64,000 nt of DNA from IMG/VR virus record IMGVR_UViG_3300011226_000001, positions 204,225 through 268,224 of that record; one strand, written 5' to 3'. Origin of the DNA: a virus. Its lineage: Duplodnaviria; Caudoviricetes. The notes under the pieces are model-generated. The model ran no database searches. It was not told the DNA's origin and saw nothing but the letters and a program-made list of their open reading frames with translations. Of the stretch, positions 54,873 through 64,000 are shown in pieces. Made by a program: the position numbers and the translations under genes. The stretch's first letter is position 1, and every line of letters begins with the position of its first letter.

Positions 54873-55925
54873 ATGCTTTTCGTTTCTAATGGTGCTCAGT
54901 TGCTGGAGAAGAAGATTGAAACAGCGCGGCGTCGCATGTTTCTTTTCTCCGATGACGTAGAGCCACCCACAAACAAATCGTCTTATCCTGAGATGATTGA
55001 CACGATTAACAAGTCACGTTCCTTTTGCGCTCTCGTCAATGCGCAGAATGAAATGCAGTGTGTACGAGGTGCAGGCTGGAAAGGCAATCGCCTTTACTAC
55101 AACTACGCACCGTCTATTCGCAAGTCAGGCTTCTCTCAGAATTATGGCAGCCCTACCGTAAGCGCTATTGACATGTTCTGTCGATATTATGCTATCGGTA
55201 AGTTAGATGCAGGTGCTGGCACCGCACAAGAAGGTAGAGGGAGTCTGCTTGATTCATATGGCAGCATCAATCCAATAGTGCCCGCCTATTACGATATGGT
55301 TCTACCTGCATTCGACGGGTCTACGTTTACCAAGTCTCTGTACTCTGTGCCTACAACGTCTGCTGGTATGACGTCGAGCAGTGGCGGCACTATCTATGGA
55401 GGAGGTGGCAGTGGTATAGGTAGATGGTCACGTTCAGAAACTTCATACCTACAAAACATCGGCATCACCTCGTTGAATATTGCTGCTGACACAGCAACCG
55501 TGACAACCAACGTCATGACCTTAGATCCACTTTATGCCGGTACGCCTTACGACCATCAAACATTTGCTAACACGATATTCCCGAGACTGTTTCAGCCTTA
55601 CGCATCATCGACGTACGGTTCGTATTACTTTTCTGGAGGTGGCTGGTCGTATACAACGTCATATTCCGGCGCAGCTATCGGTAGTTCTGCTGCACAGGCT
55701 GACGCTGTTTATTTCGGTCAAGGTACACACGAAGACACACCTAGCTATGGAATTAAGTGGGGTGCGATGCCTATAGCATTCGAGCGTACAGCTCCTGTGT
55801 ATGTTGTCGTGTCTAAGTCGGGTGTTGATTTTGATGTTGCATCCGATATAGATCCCAACGAGGTGCCTGTTGCTTCAATGAACACCTACAGCCCTCATGT
55901 GGTAGAGCGTCGGTTTTTGATGTAA
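54873..55925 (+). CDS. hypothetical structural protein, paralogue of 53819
   Basis: Same conserved termini as 53819; Ser/Thr/Gly-rich divergent middle. Confidence 0.65.
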   Translation: MLFVSNGAQLLEKKIETARRRMFLFSDDVEPPTNKSSYPEMIDTINKSRSFCALVNAQNEMQCVRGAGWKGNRLYYNYAPSIRKSGFSQNYGSPTVSAIDMFCRYYAIGKLDAGAGTAQEGRGSLLDSYGSINPIVPAYYDMVLPAFDGSTFTKSLYSVPTTSAGMTSSSGGTIYGGGGSGIGRWSRSETSYLQNIGITSLNIAADTATVTTNVMTLDPLYAGTPYDHQTFANTIFPRLFQPYASSTYGSYYFSGGGWSYTTSYSGAAIGSSAAQADAVYFGQGTHEDTPSYGIKWGAMPIAFERTAPVYVVVSKSGVDFDVASDIDPNEVPVASMNTYSPHVVERRFLM

Positions 55926-55959
55926 GACAAGTTCTACTTCCTATAAGATTCAACTTGTC

Positions 55960-55967
55960 AGTAATTT
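55960..55967 (+). promoter_or_regulatory. TAATTT putative late-promoter motif
   Basis: Intergenic, 33 nt before ATG55995. Confidence 0.45.
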
Positions 55968-55994
55968 ATAGAGCGAGTCAACTGGAGATATACA

Positions 55995-56492
55995 ATGGAA
56001 ATAGTTTCATTCCCTTTGGTCGCCAACGGTATTGTGATTCCAGATGCGGGCAAACGTCCTGCATCTGATCCGCCGTTGAAGTACGGCCTATCAAATATGC
56101 AGAAGACAATCTGCCTCGCTAAAGTACCAGACCCAGCGAACATTGTTGTTGCCGACGGCACTACAGTGCAGACTGCAATCGGTGCTACTGCGGTGCTTGA
56201 CCTGACTTCTGTTACTGTTAACCCTGTGCGTTGGATTCACGGTCAGGACAACAAGTATAAGTTCCGTTTGAGCGCTACGCTGCAAGGTACCTTCGCTGGT
56301 AGTATCAGCGATTTGTTGAGCAAGTACAACGTGATTGTCTTCAACAAAGATATCTCAAGCACGCCGTACGGAGGCTTCTTGATTCTGACTATCGGTGCTG
56401 CGGGTTCAGGTGCCGACCTAATTCTGTCTGCATCCAACCTGCGTAACGGTAAGTTCCTCGCCACCGTTGTCAAAGACTCTAAGGAGTTCTAA
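55995..56492 (+). CDS. paralogue-array structural protein (short form)
   Basis: C-terminal LTIGAAGSGADLIL motif. Confidence 0.6.
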   Translation: MEIVSFPLVANGIVIPDAGKRPASDPPLKYGLSNMQKTICLAKVPDPANIVVADGTTVQTAIGATAVLDLTSVTVNPVRWIHGQDNKYKFRLSATLQGTFAGSISDLLSKYNVIVFNKDISSTPYGGFLILTIGAAGSGADLILSASNLRNGKFLATVVKDSKEF

Positions 56493-57448
56493 TGCGCATC
56501 TTAGGACACAACTTACTGCCGTTCAGTGTGCTCGCGCTAGGCTCAGGCTGGGCATCGAACGCTGCTAATGGTCAGATCGTCAACGTGTTCTTCTTTGACA
56601 CCGAGATGGCGGATCAGGGCAACTTCTCACAGCACCTGCTTGATATGCGCAACTTGTTCGACAACGCTGTTGCAGCTACTCGCCTTGTACTGCGACCAAC
56701 CACAGAAGGCTTGCTGCCTCTGATGGATCAGCAGGAGGGGTGGAAAGCTCGCTCTGGTCATGTGTACGAGATTAAGAATGGTGCTACTGTTCACTATCCT
56801 TCAAAGGCTCGTCCTATAGGCTATAACGGTGCTGCGTCTGCTCAAATCCGAACAGCGTATAACACCAGCAACGATGCAGGTAACAAAGCCTTGTGGGGTA
56901 TTGGTCAAGCCGGTTATCGCGCATGGGATTATGCTGGTGTGCCTCACGATGCACTGATGCCGGGCATTCACCTTTCAACAACTGACCTGACCTTTGACTA
57001 CGCAGTGACTATTGACGCTGTTCTGTCTGATGTTAGCGATATGTCTTCTGCCTGTGCCGGTGAGATTGCTCCTATCGACGATGCAGGTGTTGTGGGTAAT
57101 ACTGTGGCGTGGACGCTGGCGGCTAACCAAGAGGGCAATATGATTGCCTCTGCGGTTCCTGTTTCTAAACGGTATCGCTTCATCCAGACTTCTGGTACTC
57201 GTCGTGTTCTGCCTGTGACTGCATCTGATGTTAGTCGCAACGCCGCGTACAAGACGATCAAAACAGCGGTGGTGGTTATTCAAGACACTAACTATGGTGC
57301 TCTTGCTAACGGCAACTACATCCCTACTTACTTCGCATGTGAAGTTGGTGCTGTTGGTAGTGGTAAGCCTATCGAGTTGATGGCCACATCTCTCGGTCCT
57401 GGTGAGTTCGCTTCTGTCGCCCAGCTTCGTCTGTCTACCGAGGTATAA
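56492..57448 (+). CDS. paralogue-array structural protein (long form)
   Basis: C-terminal CEVGAVGSGKPIEL; central LTFDY...SKRYRF insert. Confidence 0.6.
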   Translation: MRILGHNLLPFSVLALGSGWASNAANGQIVNVFFFDTEMADQGNFSQHLLDMRNLFDNAVAATRLVLRPTTEGLLPLMDQQEGWKARSGHVYEIKNGATVHYPSKARPIGYNGAASAQIRTAYNTSNDAGNKALWGIGQAGYRAWDYAGVPHDALMPGIHLSTTDLTFDYAVTIDAVLSDVSDMSSACAGEIAPIDDAGVVGNTVAWTLAANQEGNMIASAVPVSKRYRFIQTSGTRRVLPVTASDVSRNAAYKTIKTAVVVIQDTNYGALANGNYIPTYFACEVGAVGSGKPIELMATSLGPGEFASVAQLRLSTEV

Positions 57449-57449
57449 C

Positions 57450-58541
57450 ATGAACTATAAGTTATTTGCAAACTCTGCTGTGCCTCAGTTGACGCGCCTG
57501 TTTGCTCAGACTACAGCGGACGATAAGTCATGCTATCTGGTGAAGCTGAATGCAGGTTACACCGAAGCGGACATTAACAAGTGTCTAAACTTTCAGGCTG
57601 CTACAGGTGCTGGTTATCGGTTTGATGCTGCACTCGCTGCTTCGACTGGCATTTGTACCGTGATTGCCAAAGGCTCTAACTGTACCCGTACGATTGATCG
57701 CAACAAGCTGTCTGTCTCTGACTGCTTGCTCACTGCTACCGCAGAAGGCGTACCCACGCATCTGATTCTCGGTGGCATCCTGCCTATCTGTTTGACTGTA
57801 GGCACTGACGTTACTCTGCTTTATCCTGACCTGAACATCAAGTATGACCCGAACGGCTATAAGACGCAGATTACCATTCTCGCGTTCGACATTGGCCTAA
57901 CGCAGATGTGGTCAGAGACTATCGGTGCTACGTGGCTGACAGGTTCAGAGACTGTTGCGTTTGACGACCGTAGTTTCAATACCGGTGCGTTCACTGACTA
58001 TGTGGGTAACGCATACACGACAAGCGGCTCTTTGAAATTTGCTGCTGACGGTAATGGTATTGACTTGGGTACTAACGGTGTTTGCAGCACAAGCACAGCA
58101 GCGACCTTCGATTGCAGCAAGTCATTCACTATTGAGTGTGACTACCATCAATCGGGTAATGCTGACTACGCTGAGTGGTGCCCGTTGAACCTTGGCGGTG
58201 CTACTGCGAACCGTCTTGTGGTTGCATTCGACCGTTCGAACGAACGAGGTTTGATTCTCTGGAACAACCTCAACGGCGGCGGTGGCACTACGCCTAAAGT
58301 CGTTCGTCCTATCTCTCCGTATTCTGCTCTCTGGTCAGGTAGCGTCGTTCACTTCAAATACGTGTACGATGCAGCCACCAGCACTCACACAGTTTATCTG
58401 GACGGAACGCAAGTCGATCAGTTCAGCTACACTGTCGTGAAACCTGTAGCTACTGCGCTTATGGTACAGGGCGGATATGGCGGTGGTAATGCGGCATACA
58501 CGCCTATCATCAACAACTACCGCGTAAGCCAAGGAGCCTAA
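57450..58541 (+). CDS. paralogue-array protein with C-terminal ConA/LamG-like domain
   Basis: GAGG RBS; ATAEGVPTH...LTVG core; SFTIECDY...HFKYVYD...VYLDG...INNYRVS. Confidence 0.6.
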   Translation: MNYKLFANSAVPQLTRLFAQTTADDKSCYLVKLNAGYTEADINKCLNFQAATGAGYRFDAALAASTGICTVIAKGSNCTRTIDRNKLSVSDCLLTATAEGVPTHLILGGILPICLTVGTDVTLLYPDLNIKYDPNGYKTQITILAFDIGLTQMWSETIGATWLTGSETVAFDDRSFNTGAFTDYVGNAYTTSGSLKFAADGNGIDLGTNGVCSTSTAATFDCSKSFTIECDYHQSGNADYAEWCPLNLGGATANRLVVAFDRSNERGLILWNNLNGGGGTTPKVVRPISPYSALWSGSVVHFKYVYDAATSTHTVYLDGTQVDQFSYTVVKPVATALMVQGGYGGGNAAYTPIINNYRVSQGA

Positions 58542-58542
58542 C

Positions 58543-58998
58543 ATGTTCGTACCAGTTATTGCGTATGATCCAGATCTCTTTGCGGACTTCGTGTTCGTTC
58601 TGTCTCAGATTGAGATCAGTTCTGACTCTCAACCGTACAAGCGTAGCACTGTCGATGGTATTTCGACAACAACTCGTCAGCGTCTGACGGATGCTGACCA
58701 GCTTAACCTTGTTACTTATGGCCGTTCTCAGATAAAGGCTCAGCAAGTCAATATGGTTGATCAGATTGTGCTGGTGGGTGCTCTCGCTACTCAGGTGAAG
58801 TCTAAGTTTACGCCGCGAACGTTCACGTCCAATCCAGCCGCTCCTCGTATAGACGCGCCGCTCGTCACAGGGTCTTTCGTCACAGACCAAACGATCGAAC
58901 CTCTGTACGATAACATCGTGTTCCGTGTGTCGGTGCCTGCGCTTGACATGTCCGACACGAAAGCAAATAACAAATCTGTTGCACCGGTGGTGAGCTAA
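58543..58998 (+). CDS. hypothetical structural protein
   Basis: AAGGAG RBS; coupled operon position. Confidence 0.55.
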   Translation: MFVPVIAYDPDLFADFVFVLSQIEISSDSQPYKRSTVDGISTTTRQRLTDADQLNLVTYGRSQIKAQQVNMVDQIVLVGALATQVKSKFTPRTFTSNPAAPRIDAPLVTGSFVTDQTIEPLYDNIVFRVSVPALDMSDTKANNKSVAPVVS

Positions 58999-59900
58999 TG
59001 AAGATCATTAACACACGTATAATGGCGCAGTCAGTTTTAGGCTCTATCTCGAATACTGCCGGCCTGATCAATGATCCAAATGTTGGTGCAGGCTGGAATA
59101 TCTTCGCGTTCAGGGGCAAACTGCCTACGTCAAAAGAGGGCTTCGAAGCAGCCTTCAACAATAAGTCACTTGCCGATATGTATAATCAGGCTATCGGTAT
59201 TGTGCGAAACCCCATTACTGGGATTGAGAACGGCAACGTCATTGCACTTGCTCTGCAATCTCAGTACATACCTAAAGGGGTATCGTACTATGGGACCATT
59301 GGCACTGCTGCTATTGTGGTATCTCAACTTGTGCCTCATCGTATCACTCGTTCAGGCGCTACTGATCGTAACATCACACCATTGATGGGTTCTGGAAATA
59401 TCGGCGCACCTCTGGCACGATTCCCTCAGATGGATATCGACTTCGAGTTTGATACTCCAGTGACGATCAAATACCTGAAGTACAACGCTGCGCCGAACAA
59501 TAGCTTCATCCTTGTGGCGGTGAATGATAACGGTGATGAAATCCAACTCGGTGCTACTTCTGCACTTACTGGTGACACCAACTGCCGTGTGCTTTCCTCT
59601 CCTGTTGCGTCTAAGAAGTATCGCTACAAGTACAACGCATCTGGAGGTCCGCATGTTCCTCATGTGTTCCTGTCTGATGTGGATGTGCCGTCTTCTGTTG
59701 CTGTGACTTCGCCTACGTGGGCAGCGCTCGCACACTGCAACACGTTCACCCACGGAGACATAAACTACAGTGATGAAATCATGTTCACTGCCGGAGCTGT
59801 TGGTACTCAGGGGCCGTTCAAGTTAACTGAACAGGTTATTCCGAGTAAGAAGAACATGATGTATTGTCCTAAACTTCGCTTCACACAGAGGAGTAGCTGA
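58998..59900 (+). CDS. paralogue-array structural protein (long form)
   Basis: IFAFRGKLP; IDFEFDTPV...SKKYRY insert; AGAVG C-terminal motif. Confidence 0.6.
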   Translation: MKIINTRIMAQSVLGSISNTAGLINDPNVGAGWNIFAFRGKLPTSKEGFEAAFNNKSLADMYNQAIGIVRNPITGIENGNVIALALQSQYIPKGVSYYGTIGTAAIVVSQLVPHRITRSGATDRNITPLMGSGNIGAPLARFPQMDIDFEFDTPVTIKYLKYNAAPNNSFILVAVNDNGDEIQLGATSALTGDTNCRVLSSPVASKKYRYKYNASGGPHVPHVFLSDVDVPSSVAVTSPTWAALAHCNTFTHGDINYSDEIMFTAGAVGTQGPFKLTEQVIPSKKNMMYCPKLRFTQRSS

Positions 59901-60478
59901 TGTATATCTCCAAAGCGATGCTCAACATGCGCGGCGATTCTTTAGGGTCTACCGTCAACCCTACAATAGAATGGCCATGGACGCCATATTCCATTACTGG
60001 ATACAGTTCTGGTAATTTGCAGTCAGGCGGTATGCCTATGTCAACTGAGCCTACAGCGGTCATTATGTTCTCTTCTGGTGACACTGTGCCTGATGATGTA
60101 TGGAGCAACCAAGCGCAAGCCCTGTTCAGTCTCAGCACGTTGCGCACATATTTGGCAGCAAACGCACCTGGTGTAGTAATGGACACTGTGTTTGCTTCCT
60201 CCGGCAACGTCCGTGTGATCAACGTTGGTGGTGGTAAGCGCACACTTGACCTGAATAACTCGCTCGGCCGTTTCAGTTACGCGAAAGCATTCAACCGTAT
60301 GTACCTGATGATTGGCACTAACACAACTGCTATGTCTACAGGTACTTCGTCGATTGCTTCCGTGATTGAGTTCACCCCGCAAGACCTTATTAGCATGGGT
60401 GCACCACTAACAGACAACGGTGATGGTACGTTCAACCTGAATGGCACTATCTCCCTTAACAACATCACATTCAGCTAA
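59900..60478 (+). CDS. paralogue-array structural protein (short, divergent)
   Basis: MYISKA start and IMFSSGDTVP motif resemble 61561 and 63212. Confidence 0.55.
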   Translation: MYISKAMLNMRGDSLGSTVNPTIEWPWTPYSITGYSSGNLQSGGMPMSTEPTAVIMFSSGDTVPDDVWSNQAQALFSLSTLRTYLAANAPGVVMDTVFASSGNVRVINVGGGKRTLDLNNSLGRFSYAKAFNRMYLMIGTNTTAMSTGTSSIASVIEFTPQDLISMGAPLTDNGDGTFNLNGTISLNNITFS

Positions 60479-60487
60479 GGACGCATT

Positions 60488-61564
60488 ATGGAACTCTTTC
60501 CGTATCAGGCAGCGAACGTAGCTTCTGTGTTCGCTCTCGGCCTGTTGTATGACACGGATGTGCCTGCTGGTGGCGAACGCGGTATTCACAGCACGTTCAA
60601 CGATGCTATCGCTATTCGCCTATTTCAAAAGCAGCCCGTGTCAGTCGCACCGTTTCGTTGGCAATTTACTCCTGTAACTGCCTCAACTTTTCTCGGCACG
60701 AACTTCTACCCAGCTTGGGTAGAGATTAACGGTACTTTCGGATATGGCGCTGCGATCAACGCATTAACTCGCATAATACCTAAGGTCCGTCTGCCTGCGC
60801 TGGACGCTCGTTTTGCAAACATCGTCAACGCATATAACGAAAGTGTGGCAGTAACTATTCTGGCACATAAAATGGGTACTTACGGTACTCAGTTCTCTAC
60901 AGGCACAGGCTACTATCTAAGCCCCCAATACAATCTGACAGAAGCCGGTAACTGGTTGATTGCAGAATATGATTTCGGGGCCGAGATGGAACTTAAAGGT
61001 CTGGTGGGAATCTCTGTAGGATCGACTGTAAGTTCGCTTATGGCATTGGGTACCAATGGTACTTGGCTGCAAGCCTATGTTGATGGTCAGTGGGTAGATG
61101 CTGTTGACTGTTATGCGAATGTACGCACAACGACTAACTGGTCGCCTATGGCATACACGCTTCCTGCTACAATCAAAGCACAGAAGTTCCGTTTAATCAA
61201 CAAAACAGCAGCATGGCCGTGGTCAAATATAGGGCACTATCCGTTCAGCTTACAGTTCTATGGCAACTACACAGGTGTTAAGCCCCGCACGTTAGGTAAG
61301 TACAAGCACATGTCTGTACTTAACCTGATGCACTACGCAAGCTATGCAAATAGCATACCATGGAACTTCAACGTGCCCGCAGCTCAGGCAACTGCCGCTG
61401 GTCGCTACTTTGGTATGACGCACTTTACTATCACAGACGACATCAAACAGGCAGGTTCGTATGACGTGCTGATGCCAGACACAACGTACAGCTTTGCGCT
61501 TGGCGAAGCACCTGTACCGATGTTTCGCGTTAAACAAGATGCTATCGTCGGGAGGGGCGCATGA
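60488..61564 (+). CDS. paralogue-array protein with discoidin/F5-8-like insert
   Basis: WLIAEYDFGAE...LQAYVDGQWVD...AQKFRL...LQFYG; close paralogue of 62146. Confidence 0.65.
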   Translation: MELFPYQAANVASVFALGLLYDTDVPAGGERGIHSTFNDAIAIRLFQKQPVSVAPFRWQFTPVTASTFLGTNFYPAWVEINGTFGYGAAINALTRIIPKVRLPALDARFANIVNAYNESVAVTILAHKMGTYGTQFSTGTGYYLSPQYNLTEAGNWLIAEYDFGAEMELKGLVGISVGSTVSSLMALGTNGTWLQAYVDGQWVDAVDCYANVRTTTNWSPMAYTLPATIKAQKFRLINKTAAWPWSNIGHYPFSLQFYGNYTGVKPRTLGKYKHMSVLNLMHYASYANSIPWNFNVPAAQATAAGRYFGMTHFTITDDIKQAGSYDVLMPDTTYSFALGEAPVPMFRVKQDAIVGRGA

Positions 61565-62085
61565 TTAGTAACAAAGGTCTTTCGCTCGCGCAGATGAATG
61601 CTGCGTTTCCTGCTTCGACTTTGGCTGCGAACACACTTCATATCGGTCTGTTCAAAGGCACTGCACCGAAGATCAGCAAGGCATTAGATGCTATGGGCCC
61701 AAATGCTGTTAACAGCCTGCTTAACTGGGGTTTCGTATGCAACAACCTCGGACTTAGCTCGTCTGACTGCTTAGGTGTGTTGGCCTCTGCCGCAATCACA
61801 CCTATTGTCAACGTAGGCACTCGAACAGTTACTTTGCCTCTTGCGGGCCAAGCATCCACTCTTGTGGGAGTCGCCGATGGTACTCCTACGTTCTACGTCG
61901 CACGTATCTGTCCTGCTAATGCTACGAACAACTGGATCGGATTTGCAAATAGCGCATACATTAGCGGTCCATTCTGGATTGGTTCTGTTGGTGATCAAGG
62001 CAGTGATGCAGAACTACAGTTCATTGGCGGTACGATTAAGACAGGTCAAGCGTATCGCTTCCTAGATCTTACCATTCAACTGTGA
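61561..62085 (+). CDS. paralogue-array structural protein (short form)
   Basis: HIGLFKGTAP, DGTPTF and GSVGDQGSDAEL motifs; close paralogue of 63212. Confidence 0.65.
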   Translation: MISNKGLSLAQMNAAFPASTLAANTLHIGLFKGTAPKISKALDAMGPNAVNSLLNWGFVCNNLGLSSSDCLGVLASAAITPIVNVGTRTVTLPLAGQASTLVGVADGTPTFYVARICPANATNNWIGFANSAYISGPFWIGSVGDQGSDAELQFIGGTIKTGQAYRFLDLTIQL

Positions 62086-62090
62086 TACAT

Positions 62091-62123
62091 ACGTGGTGGC
62101 TTAGGCTGCCACGTCATTAATTT
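62091..62123 (+). promoter_or_regulatory. intergenic hairpin followed by TAATTT motif
   Basis: acgtggtggc-ttag-gctgccacgt, then TAATTT at 62118, 28 nt before ATG62146. Confidence 0.5.
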
Positions 62124-62145
62124 GAACTGTCTTTAAAACAAGGGC

Positions 62146-63210
62146 ATGAATATGAAAATCCTACCGATTTATCAAAACGTAGCGACCGTCATGTACGGTG
62201 CTTTCATGGAAGGGAATCTTCCTTCGGTTGTTAACTACGATCTGCAAACGCTGCTGAACAACATGGTATCTGGTCGTGCGTTCTTGCAGTCACAAGCAGG
62301 GGGCGGACAACAGAACCTTATTCCTACCACCACCAGCTATCAGACGTCACCTCCACCAGCATGGACTACTGCTCAGGGTTTCCGTGGCAAACGTGTGTTG
62401 CCTAAAGTTACCTTTGCAGGCTACAGTGCCGTATATCAGGACGTGGCAGCCAGCATCACTAACTTCCAGTATCAACTGGACATGCTGTTTGCTACTATTC
62501 TGCTGCATCGTTGCTGCTCTACAACATCTGCTACTCAGTCTGCGTGTACTGCGCCGTCCACTGCTTCTTCTGTTATTCCAGTCAAGACTGCGAACGCTGA
62601 TGGTTCGTGGACTATTGCTGAGTATGACTTCGGTGCCGAGATTGTTCTCAATTCACTCGGCGCTCTTACGCTGACTACTGGTACAAACAACGTTCTCAAT
62701 TCCGCTGCTGCAAATGCTCTGTACTTGCAGGTACAGAATGGTAGCACTTGGATCGATGTTGTTAACATGACTACGTATCTGGCAACCAATACCTTGAACG
62801 TTGAGCGATACTATCAACTGCCTGCAACTGTTCAAGGTCGTCGCTTCCGCTTTGTTTCTAAAGCTGCTGCTAACCCGTTTGCATCTACAGGCTATGGTGC
62901 CTTTGCCCTTCAGTTCTACGGCGATTATGCTTCGGGTACTTCTCCTCGTACTCTTGGTAAGATCCAACACGCGGTGATGATGCCTGTCATCTACGGTTCT
63001 TCATGGGGTTCTATCTCAATTGGTATTAACGTTAACCCTGCGTCGTACAGTCGTATCTTCGCGCATTACGGTCTGACCGTCACTGACGATCTCAAGCAGA
63101 GTGCGAACTTCGATCTTCTACTTAACGATGCCACAGTTGTTCCAGGACAAGAACAGGCTGTAGGGTCATTCACTGTTACGTACCGTCCCGCAACACTGGA
63201 GGTTTATTAA
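62146..63210 (+). CDS. paralogue-array protein with discoidin/F5-8-like insert
   Basis: WTIAEYDFGAE...LQVQNGSTWID...GRRFRF...LQFYG...PRTLGK. Confidence 0.65.
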   Translation: MNMKILPIYQNVATVMYGAFMEGNLPSVVNYDLQTLLNNMVSGRAFLQSQAGGGQQNLIPTTTSYQTSPPPAWTTAQGFRGKRVLPKVTFAGYSAVYQDVAASITNFQYQLDMLFATILLHRCCSTTSATQSACTAPSTASSVIPVKTANADGSWTIAEYDFGAEIVLNSLGALTLTTGTNNVLNSAAANALYLQVQNGSTWIDVVNMTTYLATNTLNVERYYQLPATVQGRRFRFVSKAAANPFASTGYGAFALQFYGDYASGTSPRTLGKIQHAVMMPVIYGSSWGSISIGINVNPASYSRIFAHYGLTVTDDLKQSANFDLLLNDATVVPGQEQAVGSFTVTYRPATLEVY

Positions 63211-63211
63211 T

Positions 63212-63745
63212 ATGCGCGCATCTAAAGCATACAACAGCACTCAGGCAATGGCCGCTCTTTTTCAACGCCTGGTACCTGGTTCAAACGTTGCGGCAAACAT
63301 GATCCATGTTGCGCTGTTCTCGGGTACGCCTCCTACCGACGATCAGTTGACTGCACTCAACGCAGCGACCGCTTCTCAGTTTGCGTGGAGCGCTGCTGCT
63401 ATTTCGGCGTTCGCGGCGCAATATCAGATGTTGGCTAACTGTGCTGTTCAGGCAATCACGCCAACAATGGACTACGACAACAACATCCTGTCGCTACCTA
63501 TCGGTGGACAGTCTAGCCTTGCTACTGTAGCGGCTGCTGGAACTCCTACGTGGTTCATGCTGCGTATGACTACCACCGCCTCCTCGGCAGATACGTGGGC
63601 AGGCTTCGTAGCTGGCGGTAACGCCACAGTCATCATTACAGGCACTGTGGGTGACGAGAACTCAAGCGCTGATATGCGCATCCTTGGTGGTACTGTTGCT
63701 CTCAACCAGCCTGTGCGCCTTGCTGATCTGCGTATCAAATTCTAA
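63212..63745 (+). CDS. paralogue-array structural protein (short form)
   Basis: HVALFSGTPP, AGTPTWF and GTVGDENSSADM motifs. Confidence 0.65.
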   Translation: MRASKAYNSTQAMAALFQRLVPGSNVAANMIHVALFSGTPPTDDQLTALNAATASQFAWSAAAISAFAAQYQMLANCAVQAITPTMDYDNNILSLPIGGQSSLATVAAAGTPTWFMLRMTTTASSADTWAGFVAGGNATVIITGTVGDENSSADMRILGGTVALNQPVRLADLRIKF

Positions 63746-63754
63746 GGAGGATTT

Positions 63755-64000
63755 ATGATTACCTCTGAAAAGCAGGCGCTATATCAGTTACTGCAAACTG
63801 TCGGTACGTCGGTTAATACCAGTGGGTGGGCAGCGTTCTTCCGCACTGGTAGTAGTAACAGCGTACCGAAATCGTTCGTCGATTTGGTTATGAGTTCACG
63901 CGCCGCAGTCGAGCTAAAGTATCAGACACAAGTAGCAGATGCTAACGGTATTCTTTGCCGTCAGTTTTCGCGTGTGCGTAGTCTGATGCCTATAGGCGGG
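63755..64000 (+). CDS. hypothetical protein, 3' truncated by window
   Basis: AAGGAGG RBS; open frame MITSEKQALYQLLQ... to the window end. Confidence 0.6.
   Translation, partial: MITSEKQALYQLLQTVGTSVNTSGWAAFFRTGSSNSVPKSFVDLVMSSRAAVELKYQTQVADANGILCRQFSRVRSLMPIGG

Noticed and set aside
8656-57449. Extended starts in the ORF track (8656, 28292, 52280, 57402)
   Set aside because: They run through terminators or upstream genes; RBS positions support 8731, 28364, 52328 and 57450.
53819-63745. Diversity-generating retroelement behind the paralogue array
   Set aside because: No reverse transcriptase in the window and no near-identical template/variable repeat pair with adenine-specific differences seen; the paralogues are anciently diverged.

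Overview
The window is the virion morphogenesis region of a large contractile-tailed (jumbo myovirus-type) phage, with essentially all genes on the + strand. In order it holds: a partial GT2/TPR glycosyltransferase; a head module (prohead protease-like, HEXXH protein, very acidic scaffold-like protein, capsid accessory protein, major capsid protein); tail sheath and tube, baseplate chaperones, a tape-measure-like protein with a VgrG3-type lysozyme domain, hub and spike; a small enzyme cluster (NUDIX, MmcB-like, dTMP kinase); a ~1.3 kb gap almost free of protein genes; PAAR, gp25-, gp6- and gp7-like baseplate genes; and ~29 kb of fibre/appendage genes, including four collagen-like paralogues and a long array of paralogous structural proteins. 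From memory, not from a search, the layout resembles the 'hairy' jumbo phages of Erwinia/Dickeya/Pseudomonas (Y3/JA11/AD1/Lu11/PaBG-like). The best candidate for an undescribed system is 27070-28320. It appears to be a ~980-nt, end-paired, heavily nested structured RNA with two identical 15-nt K-loop-like hairpin loops and several long-range pairings. It is followed by a separate ~235-nt unit with a sigma70-like promoter, a palindromic operator, a 52-aa hydrophobic ORF and a terminator. Other patterns: a recurrent S-x-S motif and a shared small domain in probable head proteins; exact register conservation (G[LF]PT-x6-(GXY)9-GC) and paired lengths in the collagens; a complete Hint domain on one collagen; and a TAATTT promoter-like motif. 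All functional calls come from motif recognition and gene context by eye, and all RNA pairings were traced by hand.
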